A DNA stretch of 64,000 nucleotides from Nemertoderma westbladi (lineage: Eukaryota > Animalia > Xenacoelomorpha): assembly GCA_032718475.1 (NCBI GenBank), contig JAUCBJ010001318.1, positions 1 through 64,000 on the forward strand, given 5' to 3'. This document shows, piece after piece, positions 13,536 through 24,800 of the stretch. Below the pieces are notes generated by a model. That model made no database searches. It worked only from the letters and a program-made list of their open reading frames with translations, and had not been told where the DNA came from. The position numbers and the translations under genes are program-made. Position 1 is the first letter of the stretch. Every line of letters starts with the position of its first letter.

Positions 13536-13999
13536 TACATTCAACCGTTCCTTTATCTTAACACTACGGGTTACACCACGGTAGCTACGGGCGGCACTTT
13601 TCGGGTAGCAGAACCCTCTCTCTACTGTAGTGTAAAGTCGACGCAAATAACAGCTGATTACCCTCAAACTAAATTAATAAACATAAACAAGCTTAATGTT
13701 CAATACTAAACAAGATGTCCATTACTAAACAATACGGTGAAAAGAAGAATGGTTAACACTCAGTCATAATTTTTGAAAAACTTACATTTTCATAGTCAGA
13801 ATGTCTCTCGCTACCTCTTGTTAACATTTTGCTTCTGGGCGATGGGTGATTGTGCTATATATTAGCTACCCCGCGGCTGGAACTTATCGATAAACTTACA
13901 TGGCTTACTCTGTAAATATTGCACTGAATTTGGTATGCACATAAAACACGTTCGCGGAGCCTTCGCGCAGCACGAGGCTCAATTATAAGATACAAATTA

Positions 14000-14572
14000 C
14001 ACCATGAACCGTAACATAGTGTCATTTTCTGATGACACGGACCCCCCCCCCAAATTTTTCTACAAATCTTTATCCTATTGCTTGAAATTTGAAACACAAC
14101 TAGTTCCACTCACCGTCGATGACCCCATGAAGCCGAAATTTTCGATTTTGCCTCAAAATCTTTTTATAGGCGTTTTAAAAAGTGACTTTAGCGAAATCGC
14201 CCCCTCCGTATCGTGCCCAATCTTCACATTTATTCGTATTTTTTCATATCGTATAAAGCTTGCGTTGCAAGGATACCAAATATGTAAAAATGTTTGAATT
14301 TCGTTGAGAAATAGCTGAGATATATGCGTTCATTATCGTTCGGTGAAGGCCATTTATTCCATTTAATAAATACTCAAAATTATACTGTAGAACTAGTTAT
14401 TTATTTTATGATTTGGTTGGAAACAACGGTATGCCTATATAATTTCTCTACCGCGTTACCATTCATATACATAAACAAAACGATACTTCTTGCAATCTTT
14501 GAACGCCTACTGTATTTCTCAGCTATTTGTCAACGAAATTCAAACATTGTTACATATTTGGAATCCTTTCAA
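14000..14572. mobile_element. Left part of a second CACCATG foldback element, interrupted by insertions
   Basis: TA-CACCATGAACCG start, colinear with 2871-3500; the right arm resumes at ~16975-17114 and the terminus is at 31030-31059. Confidence 0.8.
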
Positions 14573-14903
14573 ATGCGATGTAATATTAGCCTATAGGACT
14601 CACCGTACGGACCGGGAAGTAAATTATATTCGGGAAGCTTAAACTAACGGACATGCATTCATATCAGATAACTGGAAACGCCCTAACAAACCCAACAGAC
14701 TGTTACTCGATGCGCCTCTCACGGGTTTCACTATATAAATCTGTCTCAATGCGACGCCTTTTCATCCGTTCTCAGACAGCTATCTGCCTTTGCCGTTTCT
14801 GCAACCTCTCCTGCTCCGATAGATAACACTGTCTCCATTGCTTACATTGCCCACCCCTGTCTGTTCTCGCATCCACTTAGTCTACTTCAACCTTTATAAC
14901 TCT

Positions 14904-16805
14904 CCCTTTGTAACTAGGACCCCCTTCGTTCTGGGATAAGGACGCCCTTGGTCCTGGATTAAGGACCCATATACTTGGCTGCAAGGGTATATGGCCTGGC
15001 CAGGCAGATTGTGATCTACCAATGGCTGGTCAGGAGTAGAGTGTTCTCATGTCCACTCTGAATGCACTTCACTGCGACCTGCACCGGGCAGCAGGGGTAC
15101 AGGGCATGACCCAGGGACCCAGCAGATGAGCTGCACAGCCAATGCTGGGTCATGTGCGCCAGAGTAGATATGGGTGATGGGCCCCATATCTGACTCCACT
15201 GCGACACCCACCCTGTGGAATGGCAAACCAGGGTGTGGTTTGCCCCGAGAGCTGACTCGGCAAAAAAGCCCCCCCCCCCCCCCCCCCCCAACCCCCACTA
15301 TGGATTACTGTTCGCGCTTTCAGACCTTTGGCAGTTTAACCCGCCAAATTAAGATGTCTTCTAGATATTAAATCGCTTTTTAGCCTATGACAAGTATTTG
15401 ATTCACTACACTAGTCGAAACCAATCCGTGCGCGACCATTCACCCGCTGGATATTCCCGGGAGATTGGGTTCGACGGTTTAATTTTGTTGCTATGTAAGC
15501 CTAATGTATTATTCGACTGACAGTATTATATAATCTCTGACAATATTATTTATCTTCGGGAATATTAACAGTTCCACGAAGCTCCCGTTCAACACAGAGA
15601 AAGAGCAGTGAGATAGGAAATTTTCAGTTCAGTACTCTGTGATAGGTCAAAATCAAGGCTAACTCAAATTCTATTGGGAGATACAAAACAAGGTTATGAC
15701 GCAACCTCCCTAGGCTTGTTGGCCGATTAAACAGAGCCCAGATGCCTGCGTACAGCAAATCAGCCAATAAGCTGGTAACTTGCACTATTTTTAGCTGTAG
15801 ATCACTTTGAGAGTATTCTTAGCGACTGGGGGGGAACTGGCCAACAAGGCAAACGAATCAGTTATCCCACAAAAGCTTTTACAATTACATTAGTAATGCG
15901 AAGGTCCGGCCACTAGAGGCCAGTGGAATTACCGGACACAATCGGCCTCACAGGCGTCAGTTATCTCCTGACCGGCTGCCTGTCTCACCCCCTACTTGAG
16001 AGAGAGCAGCCAACAATTATTTGAGTCCCTTTCCTGATGACCTTTCTGGCCCAAACCTTGGGTCACCAGGGATGCCAGATTGTGAGGGGGAGAGGGAGTA
16101 TGGAGTTGCAGGCTACTCTCATGTTCCACCCCGACCAACAAAGCCATTGGTGAATCTGAGGCAAGTCACTAGACTAGCCTCAGTAAACACCCTAACACTC
16201 GGGTCCCCAATGCGACAAGGTGAGAACATGCTGCTTCTAGTGTTGGTCTTTTTATTAACTCTAGAAAGACCAAAATGTTGACAGTTTACTTTGAAAGTTA
16301 TCAGCAAGTCTCTGATCGGATGAGCATAAGCTCAAAGGATGGTATGCTTGAGCATGTGGACGACTTCTGTTACCTGGGATGATGGATCCGGAAGTCAGGT
16401 GAGGACCTTCGCAGGATGGCACATTCACAAGAATGCTACGCCGGGTTCATTGTGTCAAGTACAATGCACACATCTACAACCAGACACTATATAACATTGG
16501 AGGTGTCTCATTGGTTCCCCCAAGCTTTACCCTAGAACAAAATCGCCTCCGCTCTGCAGGACATTGCTTTCGCCGTGAGGACCAGCCAGTGCATAATCAG
16601 GTACTTTGGCAACCTCATGGAGTGAATAAGCATGTTGGACAGACATGACTTTCTTGAGACGCATCTTAAAGGACACTGGCCTTGAAGATGCGGATGATCT
16701 AGCAAATGTCATGGGTGATAGGGAGTTGTGGCGGCGCAATTTTGTCAACAAGCCGGCACAGCATTCTTAAAATGCCGATCCTAGTAGTAGTAGTAGTAGT
16801 AGTAG
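14904..16805 (+). mobile_element. Internally deleted RTE-clade LINE with retained 5' UTR
   Basis: 10-bp TSD TTATAACTCT (14894-14903 / 16806-16815) and (TAG)n tail. The APE-start-like motif RLASVNTLTL (~16171-16200) is joined directly to late-RT sequence near-identical to 41331-42047. Confidence 0.85.
15309..15883 (-). mobile_element. Solo LTR related to the BEL/Pao element LTRs
   Basis: On the minus strand it reads TGTAAAAGCTTTT...GCGCGAACA, with TSD ATTAC (15304-15308 / 15884-15888). Homologous to ~18590-18708 and 19297-19563 but lacks the ~590-bp middle. Confidence 0.9.
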
Positions 16806-16974
16806 TTATAACTCTGAAACAATATTATAGTCATCACTCTCATGTTCATATTCGTTTTATATTAGTGATTTATTAATAGCTATTTACATTATTGTGTGCA
16901 AAGTATAATAATTTTAATATACGCCGTTCTGTTTACCCCGACTGGGGTGTATTGTATTGTAAAAAAAATATTAA

Positions 16975-17114
16975 CAAATTACGACTAATGTGAAGAATTG
17001 CGTCCATAGGAGGGCAATTTCGCAAAAGACACTTTTTTAAAACACTTATAACAAAAATATACAGGCAAAATCGAAAAATCCGGCTTCTTGGGGTCAACGA
17101 CGGTGAGTTAAACT
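16975..17114. mobile_element. Right-arm segment of the CACCATG foldback element
   Basis: Aligns with 3528-3671 (aattacgactaa..tgaagaat...cggtgagtt.aacta). Confidence 0.75.
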
Positions 17115-17130
17115 ACAGTAGTAGCGTTAG

Positions 17131-17312
17131 AGACGCGTTTCGGCAACTCATAATCGCGTTTCGGCAACTTGGTAACAAGGTTGCGTTTCGGCAACTGAGT
17201 GATGCATTTCGGCAACTCATAGTTGCATTTCGGCAACTGTTAACAGGATGCGCTTAGGCAAACTGATAGATGCGTTTGGCAACTGATAAATTTGTTTCGG
17301 CAACTCGTAAAC
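17131..17312. mobile_element. Left end of a TIR element with GTTTCGGCAACT subrepeats
   Basis: Tandem gcgtttcggcaact units; the inverted counterpart agttgccgaaacgc lies at 30882-31030. Confidence 0.6.
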
Positions 17313-18225
17313 AAAGGCCAACTGGATATTGTACATAGCCTACAGTATAAGATAGGTGAAATCTCAACGTCACCATCGCATTGTATCAACATAGGGCAAG
17401 GCAGAGTAAATCAGTATTATTTATTACCTTTGCCTCATTACGTTTCCCATTATTCATTTTTTCACGCCAGTTTACCCACGCCTACTCCAACACTACTGAC
17501 TATTACCTGAGGCCTACACAAAACCAACAATAAATGAATAATAATTATTATTGTTATTATGTCTGATCCATAAAATCGGAGTTAGGGCTACTACACCTGT
17601 CGTGGAAATCGATGTCCCCTTGTAAGCGTAATCATTGTACCGGTAAGCCTAGTGAGCATCATTGGGCCCCTTGAACAAGCAACAAAATTGTTGTTAGGTT
17701 TTGTTTCAGTTTCAATTCTGAAGGCAGTAGTGCATTCAACAAAATATTCAAAAAAAATTACTAATTCAACAAAATAGTAACTGAAATGAATTATTACTGA
17801 AGTTGTAGCTAGAAACCCCGCCCAGTAAGGTCCGCTTCGCTTTCTATTAGAAAAACTCCCTTGGAAATTGTAAACGGGATTTGTGCTTCAGAGACAGACT
17901 CCAATTCCAAACGTACACATCCTATGGCATACATTTAGTATCAATTTTCAATAATTTAATATGAGTGATATTATTGATCGTTTTAAATGATTTTTGCCTT
18001 GATGAATTATTTCGATTGATATTATTGGTCGTTTTAAATAATGTTTTTCAACTTAATTATTTCGCTTGATATTATTGATCGATTTAAATAATGTTTCAAA
18101 ACTGCATTATTTTGCTTAATAGTATAGGTTGATTTAAAACATTTTGTCTGTTGAATTATTTTGCTTAATATTATAGGTTGATTTAAAACATGTCTGTTGA
18201 ATTATTTTTCAGTGCAGTCACAGTT

Positions 18226-18338
18226 ACACGTTCGCGGGGCCTTCGCGCAGCACGAAGTGAGCAAAGCCTTTAGCATATGGGCACCATTAACGAGTTGTCT
18301 GCCATTAGTCAGAAGTCTTCAACACAATACTCGTCCTC
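18226..18338. mobile_element. Left part of an inverted-repeat element that was the LTR insertion target
   Basis: cacgaagtgagcaaagcctttagcatatgggcaccatt is mirrored at 30792-30850; related motif at 388-430. Confidence 0.65.
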
Positions 18339-19563
18339 TGTAAAAGCTTTTGCGTAATTAGCCGGTTATTATCCCCGTAAAGTACTCTGTGGTTGGTTTA
18401 CCAGGCATAAAAAGGCCGTGTCCTTGCTGTACTGGTGTTTTGGAGGACATAAAAGCCATTTCTTCTGTATTTGTACTTTAGAGGACATAATCTGCAATTT
18501 CGTGACGTAAAAGCTCGATACTCTTGAAAACAGTGTCGCTACCATGACGACGGCTAACGGCTGATATTGCCACGTTGCCCCATAGCCCTGCCTTCTGTAT
18601 CTGCCAATAGGATTTGAGTTGGTTTTGATTTTGACCTATCACATATCTACTGAACTGAATTTCCTATCTGTATGCTCATTCTCTGTGGTGGGTGAGATCT
18701 TTGTAGAATAAGGGTAGCTGGTATTCTTATAGTTATTCTTATCAGTTTTTAGTGTTGTTGGTGATTCTAAGCCAGGAAGAACGGCTTTAGCCCTACACTA
18801 GTAGGCTTAATTATAAGGACATATATCCGTTATCTGCATTTATCACAACATACCATACCATACCTAATCAAACAACCTGTGCATACTTTATATTGTTATA
18901 CTGCTATTTACTGTCAGTTCTTCATAATATAGTTGATGAATTATTATATTTGGAATAACGATAAATAACCCCGAAACCCAATATTCTTGATATACCGAAG
19001 GTAAGAGAGAAGGGTTACATATAACAATTGTGACTTATGTTAAAGTGGTTTGAAGTGAATCTAATGTTATTTGATAGACCCTACATGATTCGGTCCGTGT
19101 TCCTTTTATATGTGACTAAAATCAGTGAAGATCGGCAGATTAGTGTGCAGTATTGTGCAGCATTGTGTATGAGTGAGACTGATAACGAAGCATTTCCTAA
19201 AGAATGCGCCATATATGTGAATTATAACTAAGCCATATCGTTGTGAGTAGTTTAAGTCATAACTCTGTTTATATAGATAGAGCGCCACGTCCTAAAGGAA
19301 CTGTTAATATTTCCCGAAGGTGAATAATATTGTCAGAGATTATATAACACTGTCAGTCGAATAATACATTAAGCTTACATAGCAATAAGATTAAGCCGTC
19401 GAACCCAATCTCCCGGGTATATCCAGCGGGTGAATGATCGCGCACAGATTGGTTTCGACTAGTGTAGTGAATTAAATACTTGTCATAGACTAAAAGTGAT
19501 TTATTATCTAGAAGACATTCTAAGTTGGCGGGTTAAACTGCCAAAGGTCTAAAAGCGCGAACA
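18339..19563 (+). repeat. 5' LTR
   Basis: TGTAAAAGC...GCGCGAACA; only three substitutions seen by eye against the 3' LTR (18636, 18644, 18931). Confidence 0.97.
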
Positions 19564-19575
19564 ATAACGGATATA
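19564..19575 (+). promoter_or_regulatory. Candidate self-priming primer-binding site ATAACGGATATA
   Basis: Directly abuts the LTR end, has no TGG, and is the exact reverse complement of TATATCCGTTAT at 18822-18833 (29891-29902 in the 3' LTR). Confidence 0.65.
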
Positions 19576-19934
19576 GCTTCTTTATTGCAGTAAGCAATAA
19601 AGTTGAAAGTACCGGTTGACCGGTAAACCTGAACCGGTACTTCTGTAGGTAAGTAGGCCCAACTGCCAGAACCGGTACTGCTGTAGGTCCGTAGATCCAA
19701 CTGCCAGAACCGGTACTTCTGTAGGTCCGTAGGCCCAACTGTCCTAACCGGTACTTCCAGTATAAGTACATTAGTATTATTCGAATTTGATAGTTATATA
19801 CCGGTAGGTCTTAGTACTTAATCAGGGAACGGCCGCCCTGGTTTTTTATTGAGATTTTACTTGTTTCTGTCGGTTTTATTTGTTTGTAGGCCAGTATTGA
19901 ACAGAAGGCGTGTAAGCCTGATCAGATTGTACAG

Positions 19935-20510
19935 ACAATTTGTAGGCTGAGCTGTTGTCTGATTGCTGTTAGGTCTGAACGGATTGCAGTATGTGTAGAT
20001 CACCTGTCCGATAAAGAACGGTTAGGAAGTAGGGGCAGCAAATACTGTAAGGTAAACCCCCAACTAAAGAATAAGTCGTACTACTGGGTTAGAACGCATA
20101 CTACCTAATCATTTCGGAGTCTGCATGTCCTGTAGTTTATTTAGGCTTGAGAGTAGTCTGCCATCGTTTAGTCTGTACTTTGTTTGTGTAAGTCTGTACG
20201 GGTAGCGTATAATATTTATTTAGATAATTTGTAGGCTGGATAGTTGTCTGGCTGTTATTAGGTCTGAACGGATTGCAGTGTGTGTAGATCACCTGTCCGA
20301 TAAAGAACGGTTAGGAAGTAGGGGCAGCAAATACTGTAAGGTAAACCCCCAACTAAAGAATAAGTCGTACTACTGGGTTAGAACGCATACTACCTAATCA
20401 TTTCGGAGTCTGCAAGTCCTGTAGTTTATTTAGGCTTGATAGTAGTCTGTCAGTATTTGGTCTGCATTTTGTTTGAGTGGTTTGTACGCGTAGCGTAATA
20501 TTTATTATTC
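19935..20510 (+). repeat. ~289-bp tandem duplication in the element's 5' leader
   Basis: taggtctgaacggattgcag...tcggagtctgca occurs at ~19970 and ~20259. Confidence 0.9.
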
Positions 20511-21834
20511 AGAGTTTATGCGATTATTCGCAACATTCATTCCCCAAGTTTGTTCCTACAGTAATTGTGTTTGTTATACATACCGCTATAGTTAAATTAA
20601 CCCCGGTACTACACGGGCTGCTTGGTGTAGGTAAAGACTGGTGATTTTGTGCATCGGTCACTCCAGCAGATGCCGTGGTTCTTTTAGCTGTTCAAGTATA
20701 TTTAACTACTGATTATATGTTGTACAAGTACTCGTACCTAATTTAGGGTTTAGTGTACAGTGCTTTCCGAAAGTAATTAGTGTAGGCATTATATTTGTGT
20801 TGTAAACTGGTTGATAGGCACGTTCGATTAGCTCTATTAACTTCTAGGTAGGGACACTCCGTGATACATAACGTAGTACCTATAGCGATACGGCTATAGG
20901 TCGTCAGGCGGTGGTATTTTCCTATCTGGACAACGCAGTGTATCTACTACTACTTATTATTTTCAAATACCGTAGTACCCTGTCCGTTGTAATTACCAGA
21001 TTTCTAACCCTTTGTTAGGCTGGTTTGTAGACTTCTTGTAAAATTACCCTAAAAATTCGTATTTTGTGTTTTTTGTAAATTTTTGTGTTTATTTAGAGAT
21101 TGTAATCTCACCCGAATTGTACGTAATTTGTAGTATTAAGTAACTTAGGTAAATTAGTATTATTTGTTTTAGTGTCCTATAAGTAACACTTCACTGAAAG
21201 CGCACCGCTTTGTGTAGTGATTACTCCCCAGAAATAATAACATTTATTTCAAACATTGACAAAACCCATTAAAACGGGTATATATATATTATAAATCAAA
21301 TCTAACGATTTATAAATAGTAGGCCTACCATACAACCATTAGGTCTCAATATCAGTTGGACTACTGCTCGAATAACGGTAATAAAGTAAGTAAAGTAACA
21401 AAGTAACCCTAAAATTCAGAAATTCAATTATTTAAAATAATTGATATACTGGTATTTACGATAGGCCTATTATCTTTATTTCGATAAATTTCGGCTGAAA
21501 TTATACCGGTACTTGTAATTAATTCTAGTACAGAATTATACTTATATATGCTACAAACTGTAAGCTGTATACCGGTATTCCCGATAGGCCTATTATATAT
21601 TTATATATATTTGTGCTAAAATTATACCGGTATTCTGCGATAAACCTAGTCTGTAATAATACTTATATAGTTATATATACTATAAGCATACCGGTATTCT
21701 AATATATTATATATATATCACGCTACACTGAGTAGCAGTATCGGTAATTAATTACTAGGCTAACAGTTAATACAGAATTACTAGACTTGCTTAGACTGTA
21801 ATATAGCAGTAGGCATCCAACTGTACACATAAAC

Positions 21835-24800
21835 ATGTCTGACACAAGGCAAACTCTGTCAGATAGTCTCCTAGAAACAACAGTCTGTTTATCAGATAGG
21901 AGTATAGAGAATCCCAGACCGAGGTCTGAAACCCCTCCTACTGTAAGAAAGACAACCCCTACAGTAGCTGTGTCAGAACCTAGGTTAGTAGAAGCAATTT
22001 CGCAATTCGCGAAGTTAGTGAAGCGCCGTAGGTCTATCATCGGTACTCGGGCCCAAGTTAAGCGGGACCAAGAAGCAGCGGAACCGCAACAACCCGCGAC
22101 CCAAGGACTTACTTCTCAATGGCCCGATAGCTCCAGTAGTTCGGATACTGATGAGCGGACGCCCGAACGCGGAGCGAAGATGGCGGATAAGGTTTATGAT
22201 GAGCGGCCAACCTATGAAGAATCAACCGACGCCACTTCTTCTCAAGAAGAAAGCGAAGTGACAGCAGAGAAACCGCATAAGAGGGATGCTATTGACATCT
22301 ATCTGTCAGACTATCAACGCTTTGTAGGAGATGAAGAGTTGAGGAGAAGGCTGGAGGGACTTAGCCCTAATAGTGAAGGAACCAAGCTTGTGCTGGACGC
22401 AATCGATGCGGAAATGTTAGCGGCGAACCAGGCTAAATTTGATGAACTCCTCCGCATCACTAGAGTCCAAGAAGAGCAAGTAAAGAAAAAACTTATAGAA
22501 GACAGAAAGAAAGCAGCAGTGGCAGCGGCAGAGGCAGAAGCGGAAAGAAAAGCGGCAGAAGCGGAAAGGAAAGTGGCAGTGGCAGAAGCGGAAAGAAAAG
22601 CGGCAGAAGCGAAAAGAAAGGCAGCAGAGGCAGCGGCAGAGGCAAAGGCGGCAGCTGCAGCCGTAGAAGCGGAAAGGAAAGTGGCAGTGGCAGAAGCAGA
22701 AAGAAAAGCGGCTTTAGCAGCTGCAGTGGCAGAAGCAGAACGAAAGGCATCTGAAGAAACCACCCAACTAGAATTGGAATACATTCAGGAGAATCAAGAC
22801 TGCATAAATAAACAGTTAACAGCTAGTAATATGCAGATGATGAATCGATCTACTCCCAAAAGACAGGGATATACATCATCTGAGGAAGGCGATACCACCG
22901 ATACTGAAGGCAAAGGAAATAGATCTCGTCTAAGCAGACGTAAAAGAACATTCCACCGTCAGAAATTGCCTGATTTGCCTCCAGCTGTTAGAAGGCAACT
23001 AAATAACACCAACTTAGGTAGTACAGAGCCCACAGACCAAATAATTAAAATAGAAAGACTCCCTACTATAGTAGATGAGCCTGAAATAATTAGGCCTGTT
23101 CTTGAAATCACCCCTTCGGTGATAGACACACCTGTGCTCCCTGAAACTACCTCTAAATTCCCTCTGCATAGCACTAAGCTACCTGTGCCCCGTAGAACTG
23201 CCCAGGATACAGTTCAGGTCCTGGACCCCGAGCGAAATATTCCTGATTTGTCGCCCGTTGTCGCTCGTCCGCTCGCTACAACGTTGGCGACTCCCGCTTC
23301 GGCGGTCGAATGGGTGGACGAGAGACGGCGGGGGATGGATCTCCTGCTCGGGCAGATGCAGGAGACGGTTCAGCAATTCAAGGGCACAGTAAGGGAAAGT
23401 AGGCTTGAGTTGCAAGAAGTGCAGCAAAGTATCGCGCTAGAACGCGATAAATTAGTAAATACACAAAGGGGTATACCACCACCCCCTGTAACAATGTGTC
23501 AACCTGTTAGGTCTGAAGTATCTCATGCGCAAGGTGTGGAGCCTACACGCATCTATACTGCTAGCGAAATAGAAACTCCTATAGTGAACCCTATTAAGGG
23601 TAATTATAAACCTGTTGATAATGATATCTCATCTAGACTTGATAATAATCCGAGAAACTTATATACCGATAATTCTCTATTCAATAATGCGATGGCTCAA
23701 GAAAGTTTTACACGCCAAATGGCTAGAACCGAAGCCCGACAAGCGGTAAAGGTTGGAGAGATCGTCAAGTTCAATGGAGATGAGATGAAATGGTTACCTT
23801 TTAATGAATATTACAAAGATAACATACAGAACTCTGTACTATCTAACGGAGAGAAACTTAGATTCCTCATCGAATGTTTGGAAGGACCTCCCAAGTCAAT
23901 GGCGTTAAAATTTATTGGACATCCAGATGGATTAAGACAAGTTTGGGATACACTAAACATCAGGTATGGTAATAGGACTAACATAGCTAGGTATTTATAT
24001 GCGAAATTAATGGCGCCCCGAAAGTTTCTTAGCAGCGGGATTATAGAGTTTTCCGATGAGATTCAGGAGATCTGTAGACAACTAGATTGGTTAGGTAAGT
24101 CTCATGAATACCAGAATTCTATGGTTGTAGGAGCCTTAGCATCTACTTTGCCCGAGGGTGGAGTAGGTACACGCTGGGATAAGAAGGTGTTATATATGAT
24201 GGAACAACAACAACGAGACCCTACCATGACTGATCTCATGTCATTCTTAGATAGAGAAGTGAAATTACAGCTCCTAAGGCAGTCCAGAGAGAAGACATTG
24301 GAAAACAAGGTAAGTGAGAAACCCGTTTCTAGGAGAAGGGTAACACCAGTATGTTATACCGACGACGGTGAAAGCCAAACTTCTCAAGGAGAAGACAGCG
24401 GGAAAGACACTGACAGATCTTATTATGTCAATAAAATGCCTAAAGATCAGGTAAGTAAATCCGAGTCTCGACCCAATGACAGAAGGGAACCGGTACAAAA
24501 AACCCTTCCTACGTCTCCTAAAAGAATTCAGGTGAGAAAGCCCGAGGAAAGAACAAGTGTGCACCACATAGCACAGGTTAAAGTAAGTAACATCAAGCCG
24601 AAATGTGTGCTGTGCGACGGGCCCCACCGTTTAAATGCGTGTGATAAATTCCTGAGGAAATCACTAAAGGATAGACGTGAAGTCATGTGGGATAAGCGGT
24701 TGTGTTATAATTGCCTCAGACGAGGACACCAACGGCGAACCTGTTACTCCGACGCAAGGTGTGCAAAGTGCGGCGCAAAACATCATATCTTGTTGCACAC

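Noticed and set aside
12642-13709. Poly-DT/RV/SV/CP ORFs
   Set aside because: Translation of a hexamer microsatellite; 2-bp slips switch frames freely.
15116-15151. Hammerhead-like CAGATGAG...CAA motif
   Set aside because: The core deviates from CUGANGA/GAAA and no stem III with a cleavage triplet is evident.
19037-19288. Duplicated 64-aa and 60-aa ORFs (also 30106-30357)
   Set aside because: They lie in the LTRs and are duplicated only because the LTRs are.
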